From Giardia intestinalis (taxonomy: Eukaryota): a DNA stretch of 64,000 bases. The stretch lies in assembly GCA_000002435.2 (NCBI GenBank), contig CM018793.1. The stretch is one strand, 5' to 3'. Below, in pieces: positions 20,118 through 29,946 of this stretch. Made by a program: the position numbers and the translations under genes. Numbering within the stretch: the first letter of the stretch is position 1; each line of letters begins with the position of its first letter. The notes under the pieces are model-generated. The model was not told where the DNA came from. It did not search any database and was given only the letters and a program-made list of their open reading frames with translations.

Positions 20118-23100
20118 AGACTGGAGAGCCCGGCTTGCCTGGTGGTCGTCGAGGGGCATCGACGAGTGGTCGGTAGAAACGGCTAATAGTTGAAGTCCTG
20201 GTCAGTGGCGAGACAGTCATTCCTAGAGCGTGTAGCATGCTCGGCCACTTCATAACGCAGGGCCCACCAGACGCAAGCTGTGACGGCCTGGATGTCGCGC
20301 AATCCGTGGCCTGTGCATCGTTGCAGGGGCCATACACAGCAGGTGGAGGCAGGGTTTCCTGTGTGCTCAGACGACTCGACCATCGCAGTTCTGGGTCGAC
20401 GATCCACTAGATATTCCTGTCTAACAACGGGCGGCCGAACGCCCTCTGGGCTGTGAGCTAACACTAACGTGCAGTTGGTCGGCCACCAGATCCATCTTGG
20501 TTAGCCCTCTGCCTACATGCGCCAACACGCCGAGGAGCTACAGGGCAGTCGTTTGCTGTCTTGACAGGTATACTATTGCCTCTATATCTGCACCCTGGAT
20601 GCGGCCACCATAGCACAGTTGCATCTCTGATCATCCTGTGCACACCTTCTGGCACGAGCAGGTGCGCCGGAAGGGATGCACTGCCCACCGCCGAGAAATG
20701 GATGAACTCCCTTACCCAGGAGCCGGCTGACCACTAGCCGTGCCCAGCAAACCCCAATAAGCAGGCCTGCTGAGCCAACCCATCCAAGAAGCTGTGTATC
20801 CGGAAGAGCTTCGCGTCGAATGGCTCCTTGATTAAAGAAGCTGGCATCCAGCGCGACATGACGACTGCTCGCCTGGTGCTGTGCTACCTGCTGGGCGGAA
20901 ACACAGACGCCCTAAGCTCCGTGTGAGCTTGTGCTCAAAGCGTCCTTCACCGGCACGGGATTCCAGGAACTAGGCGTAGATAGGAAGAGCATTCCCCGCT
21001 AGTGCCACGAAGTACCGGTACGCTACCTGGATACACCGATGGCAGCGAAGAGTACGAGAAGGTCCCAGGGCCTCATCGAGCGGGTCTGCTCCTAGCAGGC
21101 CCAAGTGGACGCTCTCTCCAGCAGTGTACAAGAAGCCTGGGAGGGAGTGCTCAGGCTGGAGCTGAGGCGTTGCTGGTACAGGCTGTCCTTACTGAGTGCA
21201 TCCCTCAGCGTCCAATAAGTGGAAAAGTGACCGGAGCTAGGTGTGCCTGCTTCTTCTCTGCCGCCTGCATGTTGTTGCATCTCTAGCTCTTCCTCATTTG
21301 TCGAGCGACTGCTCCTTCTGGCCTCTTGCTGGTCCTCGTTCGTCGTGTAGTCTCTTTTGGAGCTGCTCCCTGGAGGTCGGGCTGACCAGCAACATGGAGG
21401 AGCCTCATTCTTAGCTTCACACTCCACAACTGGCCCAGCGACATGTTGACCATTTTACAAGCAGTTCTGGGTCGCCCAGTCTGGGGCCGGCTGCTGTGCA
21501 TTCTCTGCTTGACTGCCAGGGTCCGCGTCTGGCCCAGACACTAGATGGACAGGAGGCACGGACAAACGCCATTTGCTTGTTGCTTTCATGATCCACGAAG
21601 CTGCTGTCTTTATGTGAGTCTCGACCCAGGTCGGTCTCCGTTGTAGGTGCAACAGTCTTGCGCATGCAATCTGGAGGATCTACGTTAGCGGGTCGAGCCG
21701 AGCAATCCTTGTTAGCGCCTGCCATCCGACGTCTCTGTTGTTGAACTGGCCTGTAGAAGTCCGCTATAGGCCCTCAGGCTCTTTGTCTGTGAGGTTCTGT
21801 GAGGTCCTCTATACCGGTCAGGCCTGTCCGCGTACTCTGTTGATGGGCGAGCTGGTGCATGCAGTCACAGCCCCTGCGCCACCTTCCATTCGGCACTCGG
21901 CGTGTCCACCTGCTTCCGGCCTGCCCTCGCAGAGCACGCTAAGCGCCCACCTATAGCGCATGTCGGTGGAGACTCCTCGGGAGCAATTTGCGGGGGTCTC
22001 GATGAGGTGGCCGACGCCCAGTGAACGACCCCAAGCCACCCTTTAGTGTCTGCGCTGTCGCTCCACGAGAGTGCGTAGTGGGATGCGGCCCGGAGTCCTC
22101 ATGTGCGGGGGCTGACAAGGACTGACAGCCACAGTCAACGGCAGAAAGTTCGGCACCCCGTGTTCCCACGACGTCTCCGATCGCAGTACTGGCGGGGCCT
22201 GACGGCGCTTCTCTTCTTAATTCGGAACGAGTTAAGGAGTTTCCGCCGTAGGATGGCCGAACTGGCGGCCGGCAGGGCTGTGCGATGTGTTAGAGATTGT
22301 TAGAGATTCATACTGTATATTGTGCAGTGGCTAACGTGTATGGGTGTCCCACCGAAGACCCGGCGAAGGATGGCACCGGAGGTGAGACAGGATGACTCCT
22401 GGTGGAGGGGACCACGGTGCTGGCTTGCCTGCAGATGCCGTGGCCAAAATCTCAGCCCGTCCAGGAGTTTAACGGAGGTCATGCGGCCGGACACCGAGGC
22501 CTACCGGAGAGCCGCATCGCCCCTGCACGAGCCAGCAAGCACTGCCTTCGACCCGACCACAGTTGAGAGCGCCCATGTCCGTGGATGCCGTCGGTCAGGT
22601 CCCTGAAGACCACCCTGCTCACAGCCCCAGGGATCCCTCTGCAGACTCTGATTTCTATATCCCTGGGGTAGATGTTTGCGGATAGCGGCACAGGGCTCAG
22701 CAAAACCGCCAGAAGATCCACAGCACACTGTCATTAACTATAAACGTCTTGCGGTATTCATTCCACAATTGAGCCGGTCGTACTGACACAGGAACTGGAG
22801 TCAGGCACTTCTAGGGTGCAACTACAGGACTGTGGAGGAGCTTGCCTTCACACAAAGAAGATCACGTGGACCAGATGTGCCCGGACTGAGAAGCGCCCGC
22901 TTTACCGAGTAATGGTCGCTAATCTATGCACACAGATCATGTTTGGCGGCAAGCTCCCCTGTAGCTCATGCATCACTGTGAATCACTGCCTAGAGGCTTG
23001 TGTTGGAGATGCCGCAAGACACTAATGGCTGACAGGTGTGACTAGCCGTTCTTCCAGTGGTCGTCTCTGGATGCACCGAGTACCTAAGGCGATAGATCAG

Positions 23101-23461
23101 CGCTGCAGGCCTTGACTGTCACGGGCCTTGTGCATAGCTGATCAAATGCCCAACACACTCTGCCCGAGGGTGCCCAAACCCCACGGTGCTGTAGTCGGGC
23201 TGCTAAGGTGCGAGAGGTGGGGCACAGAGGCGCCTATCAGAGCCAAGGATCTATGTGTCACCTGCCTCTGGGTGGAGCAACTACGCCATAGTAGGGGGTG
23301 TTTGTTGCCATACAGAAGTGGGTACGATGAGATACGAAGGCACAGTCCTGCCGCAGAATCCGACGGGTGCTCGGAAACGGGTAACCCGGTAACCTCGTAG
23401 AATAGCAACGTCGAAGCTATAGAGTAAGCAGATGTAATAGGAGATGCGTTTACTACCTAAG

Positions 23462-25426
23462 TCACGCCTTGCCCCGGCACACGAACCACCAGCAGAGGAA
23501 GCCGACGAGGCCCCCCACAACAACGATGACAGCGACAGAGATCCCCGCTATGGCGCCTGTGCTGAGGCCGCTCTTGTTCGTGCTCCCGCCGTTGTTGTCA
23601 CCAGTACTATCACCCATCTCGAGGCACATGAACGCACTGGTGGATGACACCGTGCACTGTCTGCACCCAGCGAGCCCCTCAGAGCACTTCTTGCACGGTC
23701 CACTATCGCTACTCTCCTTATAATATCCACGAGCACATACTTTGCATGTGGCAGCCGCGGTTTCGCAGGTGTAGCAGCTTTCATGACATTTCGTGCAAGC
23801 TTTGACGTTACTGAATGCTATGTATCCATCCATACATTCTGTACATTCATTTGCAGTATTACACGTCTTACAGCCTTCAGGGCATATTACAAGGTTGTTT
23901 TCATTATTTAAGTTAAACCCTGGCATAGGTCTATCACAAGTCCCACCAGTTGTCGCCACTGTTGCACATACACTGTGCGCAGGGTACTTCTCATCTTCGT
24001 AGCACCCTCCGTTCATCCGAAGGAGCCCATTAGCACACGAATTGCAGACACCGGTTCCTTGAGAGGTGCATGTCGCAGCCCGCCCACTTGGTTTCGGTGC
24101 ACAGACACCGTTCTGGGGATACTCATTGTCCTGGCTACATGCAGAGCAGTACCTTGTGCCTTTAACAATTAGATCACATGCTTTACAGTTCCCAGTGGCT
24201 TTATCTGTATTGACAACACATTCAGGAGCGCATTTACCCTTCTGCCCATTTGCATAGTCAAGGATGGTTCCAGGTTTGCACTCAGTACAATCATTAGCAG
24301 TGTTTCCCTTACAATTCTTGCAACTACCGTCACACTTCTGGCATATCCCAGCATCGTCAGCATAGAATCCATCTTCGCAGAAACCGCATTTGCCGTTCGG
24401 ATCACACACAACGCAATTCTTGACCTCGCACTTCTTACAGATCCCTTTGCCGCCCTCTGTGCTGCTGTAGTAGCCTAGAATATATTCGCAATATTTTATG
24501 CACATCCCTGTCGGAGTGAGATAGTTCTTGTCCTTGCACTCCTCACATGTCTTCTTGTCTGCAGAACATTTCTGGCAGTTCTCGACGGGGCAGTCAGAGG
24601 GCGGAGGTTCTGGGGCATCGACACATGTAGATCCCTCGTCATTGGGTGTCTTTCCGCCGTTACACGTAGTGCACTTGATAGCAGACTCTCCAGCTAATCC
24701 GCGAGCTTCCTTGAGAGTACATGTCTTACAGTCAATTATGCCACCGGCGTCGGTGTCTCCACACGGGACGCATTTTTTGATACCCTTAGCTGTGACAGGG
24801 AAGTGGTCTGTCTTACACTGCGTCTTTTCAACGCAACTAGAAGGCGTTACAGCTAATAAATAGTATTCGCCCTCACACGTAGTGCATGTGGCAGAGCCGG
24901 GGCCTTCAGGAGGAGTACACACTTTGCAGTTCGGAACACCTCTGAAACCATCAATCGTATCTGCCTCATTGCAGGCAATGCAAGATTGGTGGGTGTTATC
25001 GCTAGCACCCATATTTTTGAAGAACCCGTTAGCGTCATTGCATGTTTCACAGAGTCCTGCACTACTACTCGCACTTTTGCAAACGGTTTGTCCAGGAGGT
25101 GCTGCTTGTACATAGCATCCACCTTTGTGGAGGAAGTATCCAGCCTTAGTACACTTTCCACATGTGGTTGAATGCTCATCGAGAGCTCCATCAACTTTTT
25201 CACATCCGGCAGTTGTGATAAGCCCATCACTTTTATCCTTACATTCCCCATTAATGGGCACCTCTCCAGGTTTAGCACAGTCAGTGCAAACTCTATCTCC
25301 ACCTATGCTAATGCATTTACCCTGTTTACACTGTCCTGTTTGCGGGTCACTGCTAGCCTCTGTGCATGTTTTTGCTGCCCGTGCTACTTGCAGAATCAAA
25401 ATTCCAAAGAGGATTTTCTCGAACAT
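23462..25426 (-). CDS. vsp: VSP-B copy 1 (655 aa from MFEKILFGILILQVARAAKTC...). It has a CRGKA tail and is transcribed away from the palindrome centre.
   Basis: 100% identical at the protein level to 27982..29946. I chose the MFEKILF start by homology with VSP-A; the track ORF extends upstream to a GTG at 25642. The poly(A) signal is at 23448-23454 on the minus strand. Confidence 0.9.
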   Translation of the reverse strand: MFEKILFGILILQVARAAKTCTEASSDPQTGQCKQGKCISIGGDRVCTDCAKPGEVPINGECKDKSDGLITTAGCEKVDGALDEHSTTCGKCTKAGYFLHKGGCYVQAAPPGQTVCKSASSSAGLCETCNDANGFFKNMGASDNTHQSCIACNEADTIDGFRGVPNCKVCTPPEGPGSATCTTCEGEYYLLAVTPSSCVEKTQCKTDHFPVTAKGIKKCVPCGDTDAGGIIDCKTCTLKEARGLAGESAIKCTTCNGGKTPNDEGSTCVDAPEPPPSDCPVENCQKCSADKKTCEECKDKNYLTPTGMCIKYCEYILGYYSSTEGGKGICKKCEVKNCVVCDPNGKCGFCEDGFYADDAGICQKCDGSCKNCKGNTANDCTECKPGTILDYANGQKGKCAPECVVNTDKATGNCKACDLIVKGTRYCSACSQDNEYPQNGVCAPKPSGRAATCTSQGTGVCNSCANGLLRMNGGCYEDEKYPAHSVCATVATTGGTCDRPMPGFNLNNENNLVICPEGCKTCNTANECTECMDGYIAFSNVKACTKCHESCYTCETAAATCKVCARGYYKESSDSGPCKKCSEGLAGCRQCTVSSTSAFMCLEMGDSTGDNNGGSTNKSGLSTGAIAGISVAVIVVVGGLVGFLCWWFVCRGKA

Positions 25427-27981
25427 TGCCAGCAGTCCGTAGAGCATCCAGTAGAGAGAGCCTGCACACCTAATATCAGTGTGCTGTGTCGCTAGACATC
25501 GCTTATGGGGGCGGTCCAGAGGTCTTACATGAGCTGCCCCAACTTTCTGATCAGTTTGGAGACGATGGCTGGTTCTAGACAGCAAACAGGGACTCCTCTT
25601 TATTAGCATATCTAAAACCTGGCACCTTCCCCGGCCGCTCACCCTGGGATTTAGCTCACTTGCCCACTTGCGTCGTCCACCAATGGCGCCTCTCCTTGGT
25701 CTTCCTTCGTGGTGGGTGAAGCTCCGGTCGCTGTCTTTTTTAGATGCTCCCGTCTGTCAGGGGCTGCCATCGGGCTCTCCACTGGCCGCCCCTCGGTGTC
25801 CGTCTGGCTGTGGCCCGGGCAGCGCTCTACAGTCGCGGTCACTTGGGTCTCAGCGGGCCAGCTGGTGGGGAGGCTGGGGCATGGGGCGGTGAGGCTGGAG
25901 GGTGGCGGTGTCGTCTGTGCCCCTGGTCCGGTGGGCCATTGGGGTGGTAGGTGATCCCCTCTCTGTTTGCCAAGGTGGTTGTGTCTGATCTCCAACCGTC
26001 GTTGTACTCCCGAGACAAAGGCACCGACGATCGTGTCGTGTCCCCCTGACTGAGCGCCTCCTCTCAGCCCCTGCATGTCTCGGGCAGTACTGCTTCTCTG
26101 TTTGACTAGTACGTGAGGGTCAAAGCAGGCCATCCCAGGCCCTCCTGATGCTCTGTGCGGGTCTGCTGAGCCCCCTGGCATGCCCTGTCTGGTGCCTCGA
26201 CGGTAGTTCACCTCGGGCCAGCAGGGGCATGGATGACCCTGTGGATGGGATGGGTTCTCTCAGGCCTCTAGTGTGATGACCCAGAAGACTGACACGGTGG
26301 GGCACCAGTGACTGCACTGTCCCCGTGGTCAGCTGTGCTGCCCCTGGTGGGTCCTCGTTGTAGAGCGCTGTGTGTTGTTCATAGGCAGAGGTGAGCCTCC
26401 TTGGTCTCAAGATGCTCTACCATGCAGAGAGGAGCACGCTGAGGGTCACCCATACCTCACACCTGCTGTGTCCTCGGGGAGTTCCCGGTGTGATCCACTA
26501 GGACCTTGACCCCTCTCGTGGCTCTGATGACTCGCCTCAGGGAGAGTCGGGGCACCCTATACTGAGGGGTGTGCACCCTCCTGCATGAGCTGGGACCCAC
26601 TGCACTGCCCCCAAGGAGGTCTGCTATGAGAGGCAGTGAATGATTGACAGCCCCTCAGAGTGCGGTGGAGGGTGCTCGTGGTCGTCTCTTGTGATCGGGC
26701 ATCACTCTGATGGTCGGCTCCTGTGCCTGCGTGGTGCTCAGAGGTCACCTGTCTGCCTCGTAGCCTGCTGGACAGCCGGGCCTCTTGTGGCGTCCGAAGG
26801 TCTCCTCACTCCTCTGGTCGCTGTCCCCTCGGGTCATAGGTGGAGGCCAGCGAGTCTTCGGAGTCTGGTGCCTGCCTGGGTGTCATGGAGAGGCTGGCAG
26901 CTATCAAGGCTCTGCCACTGCTCGCCTGCCTGGAGTGTGCCTCCCTTGGGCCTGCTCTGCTGTGCTGCGTGAGTCCTCTGGCTCCTATCAGACCTCTGAT
27001 TGTGAGAGTGACTCCACCTGGCCTTCTGATGCCCCTGTGGATGAGCATAGCAATGTGTCTGGTTGAGGATCTCTGGTGCCCGTGGCTGTCACTGCCTCTC
27101 GGGTGCTTGGGTAGTTGCCTGGGGCTCTCGTATGGGGGCACAGTCTGTTCGTGTGTGGATGGTCCTCCTGGACTCATGTCCATCTGTGCACACTGTCACT
27201 CAGCCTCGAGAGCAGACCAGTGCAGTCACCAGGGTTGCTGTCAGAGGGAGTCGTCTGCCACTACCATCGTTCGAGCAGACTCTACAGCTCAGGCTGGCTG
27301 CTGTGCACCCTCATGGCAGGGCTGCTTGACTCCCCTTGGTCATCCTCTCTGTCCCGGTGCACACGGCTCCTGAGGGTTGTCTGGGTGGAGGCACTCACAG
27401 ACCACGAGCACACAGAGGGATGAGTCACAGATGGACAGCCCCCAGTCACCACAACTGCAATCACCCCAGTCCACCGAGAGGTCAGGGGCACAGACGACAC
27501 CGCCACCCTCCAGCCTCACCGCCCCATGCCCCAGCCTCCCCACCAGCTGGCCCGCTGAGACCCAAGTGACCGCGACTGTAGAGCGCTGCCCGGGCCACAG
27601 CCAGACGGACACCGAGGGGCGGCCAGCGGAGAGCCCGATGGCAGCCCCTGACAGACGGGAGCATCTAAAAAAGACAGCGACCCGAGCTTCACCCACCACG
27701 AAGGAAGACCAAGGAGAGGCGCCATTGGTGGACGACGCAAGTGGGCAAGTGAGCTAAATCCCAGGGTGAGCGGCCGGGGAAGGTGCCAGGTTTTAGATAT
27801 GCTAATAAAGAGGAGTCCCTGTTTGCTGTCTAGAACCAGCCATCGTCTCCAAACTGATCAGAAAGTTGGGGCAGCTCATGTAAGACCTCTGGACCGCCCC
27901 CATAAGCGATGTCTAGCGACACAGCACACTGATATTAGGTGTGCAGGCTCTCTCTACTGGATGCTCTACGGACTGCTGGCA

Positions 27982-29946
27982 ATGTTCGAGAAAATCCTCT
28001 TTGGAATTTTGATTCTGCAAGTAGCACGGGCAGCAAAAACATGCACAGAGGCTAGCAGTGACCCGCAAACAGGACAGTGTAAACAGGGTAAATGCATTAG
28101 CATAGGTGGAGATAGAGTTTGCACTGACTGTGCTAAACCTGGAGAGGTGCCCATTAATGGGGAATGTAAGGATAAAAGTGATGGGCTTATCACAACTGCC
28201 GGATGTGAAAAAGTTGATGGAGCTCTCGATGAGCATTCAACCACATGTGGAAAGTGTACTAAGGCTGGATACTTCCTCCACAAAGGTGGATGCTATGTAC
28301 AAGCAGCACCTCCTGGACAAACCGTTTGCAAAAGTGCGAGTAGTAGTGCAGGACTCTGTGAAACATGCAATGACGCTAACGGGTTCTTCAAAAATATGGG
28401 TGCTAGCGATAACACCCACCAATCTTGCATTGCCTGCAATGAGGCAGATACGATTGATGGTTTCAGAGGTGTTCCGAACTGCAAAGTGTGTACTCCTCCT
28501 GAAGGCCCCGGCTCTGCCACATGCACTACGTGTGAGGGCGAATACTATTTATTAGCTGTAACGCCTTCTAGTTGCGTTGAAAAGACGCAGTGTAAGACAG
28601 ACCACTTCCCTGTCACAGCTAAGGGTATCAAAAAATGCGTCCCGTGTGGAGACACCGACGCCGGTGGCATAATTGACTGTAAGACATGTACTCTCAAGGA
28701 AGCTCGCGGATTAGCTGGAGAGTCTGCTATCAAGTGCACTACGTGTAACGGCGGAAAGACACCCAATGACGAGGGATCTACATGTGTCGATGCCCCAGAA
28801 CCTCCGCCCTCTGACTGCCCCGTCGAGAACTGCCAGAAATGTTCTGCAGACAAGAAGACATGTGAGGAGTGCAAGGACAAGAACTATCTCACTCCGACAG
28901 GGATGTGCATAAAATATTGCGAATATATTCTAGGCTACTACAGCAGCACAGAGGGCGGCAAAGGGATCTGTAAGAAGTGCGAGGTCAAGAATTGCGTTGT
29001 GTGTGATCCGAACGGCAAATGCGGTTTCTGCGAAGATGGATTCTATGCTGACGATGCTGGGATATGCCAGAAGTGTGACGGTAGTTGCAAGAATTGTAAG
29101 GGAAACACTGCTAATGATTGTACTGAGTGCAAACCTGGAACCATCCTTGACTATGCAAATGGGCAGAAGGGTAAATGCGCTCCTGAATGTGTTGTCAATA
29201 CAGATAAAGCCACTGGGAACTGTAAAGCATGTGATCTAATTGTTAAAGGCACAAGGTACTGCTCTGCATGTAGCCAGGACAATGAGTATCCCCAGAACGG
29301 TGTCTGTGCACCGAAACCAAGTGGGCGGGCTGCGACATGCACCTCTCAAGGAACCGGTGTCTGCAATTCGTGTGCTAATGGGCTCCTTCGGATGAACGGA
29401 GGGTGCTACGAAGATGAGAAGTACCCTGCGCACAGTGTATGTGCAACAGTGGCGACAACTGGTGGGACTTGTGATAGACCTATGCCAGGGTTTAACTTAA
29501 ATAATGAAAACAACCTTGTAATATGCCCTGAAGGCTGTAAGACGTGTAATACTGCAAATGAATGTACAGAATGTATGGATGGATACATAGCATTCAGTAA
29601 CGTCAAAGCTTGCACGAAATGTCATGAAAGCTGCTACACCTGCGAAACCGCGGCTGCCACATGCAAAGTATGTGCTCGTGGATATTATAAGGAGAGTAGC
29701 GATAGTGGACCGTGCAAGAAGTGCTCTGAGGGGCTCGCTGGGTGCAGACAGTGCACGGTGTCATCCACCAGTGCGTTCATGTGCCTCGAGATGGGTGATA
29801 GTACTGGTGACAACAACGGCGGGAGCACGAACAAGAGCGGCCTCAGCACAGGCGCCATAGCGGGGATCTCTGTCGCTGTCATCGTTGTTGTGGGGGGCCT
29901 CGTCGGCTTCCTCTGCTGGTGGTTCGTGTGCCGGGGCAAGGCGTGA
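27982..29946 (+). CDS. vsp: VSP-B copy 2 (655 aa). It is identical to copy 1 and sits head-to-head with it across the spacer.
   Basis: Mirror of 23462..25426. ATG at 27982 (gcaATGttcgagaaaatc). AGTAAAC at 29954-29960. Confidence 0.9.
   Translation: MFEKILFGILILQVARAAKTCTEASSDPQTGQCKQGKCISIGGDRVCTDCAKPGEVPINGECKDKSDGLITTAGCEKVDGALDEHSTTCGKCTKAGYFLHKGGCYVQAAPPGQTVCKSASSSAGLCETCNDANGFFKNMGASDNTHQSCIACNEADTIDGFRGVPNCKVCTPPEGPGSATCTTCEGEYYLLAVTPSSCVEKTQCKTDHFPVTAKGIKKCVPCGDTDAGGIIDCKTCTLKEARGLAGESAIKCTTCNGGKTPNDEGSTCVDAPEPPPSDCPVENCQKCSADKKTCEECKDKNYLTPTGMCIKYCEYILGYYSSTEGGKGICKKCEVKNCVVCDPNGKCGFCEDGFYADDAGICQKCDGSCKNCKGNTANDCTECKPGTILDYANGQKGKCAPECVVNTDKATGNCKACDLIVKGTRYCSACSQDNEYPQNGVCAPKPSGRAATCTSQGTGVCNSCANGLLRMNGGCYEDEKYPAHSVCATVATTGGTCDRPMPGFNLNNENNLVICPEGCKTCNTANECTECMDGYIAFSNVKACTKCHESCYTCETAAATCKVCARGYYKESSDSGPCKKCSEGLAGCRQCTVSSTSAFMCLEMGDSTGDNNGGSTNKSGLSTGAIAGISVAVIVVVGGLVGFLCWWFVCRGKA

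Larger units (their letters stand above)
14636..25925. repeat. Left arm of a ~24.1-kb palindrome (11,290 bp). It is the reverse complement of 27483..38772, with 3 mismatches found in the stretches I hand-aligned.
   Basis: Every ORF at coordinate x has an identical mirror ORF at 53408-x. I hand-aligned the inner boundary: identity ends after 25925 on the left and 27483 on the right. I hand-aligned the outer boundary: perfect identity begins at ggcctcgtcggcttcctctgctgg, around 14636 on the left and 38772 on the right. Confidence 0.9.

Noticed and set aside
18790-20337. A stack of overlapping 150-230-codon ORFs on both strands (18790..19290, 18814..19392, 18831..19439, 19479..20159, 19523..20095, 19825..20337) and their mirrors at 33071..34618.
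   Set aside because: The peptides are Arg/Pro/Gly/Ala-rich, they overlap each other in several frames, and they occur only where GC is highest. They are chance ORFs in GC-rich DNA. Only 19527..20117 is kept, and only at low confidence.
22281-22300. Small direct duplications (gttagagatt repeated twice at 22281-22300; acctcacaga repeated twice at about 31601-31620) and their mirrors.
   Set aside because: Two-copy 10-mers are trivial slippage products with no functional implication. They serve only as further confirmation of arm symmetry.
14720-23430. The idea that the GC-rich block is rDNA or subtelomeric repeat.
   Set aside because: I could not find universal rRNA strings (for example the SSU 3' gtacacaccgcccgtc or the LSU sarcin-ricin agtacgagagg) or TAGGG telomere arrays.
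25651-26211. A 186-aa ORF (minus strand) and its partial mirror 27377..27757 (plus strand), upstream of the two VSP-B copies.
   Set aside because: They are Pro/Thr/Ser-rich, lack an ATG with an initiator (the mirror copy has a different N-terminus because it runs into the unique spacer), and look like 5'-flank sequence read in an open frame rather than genes.
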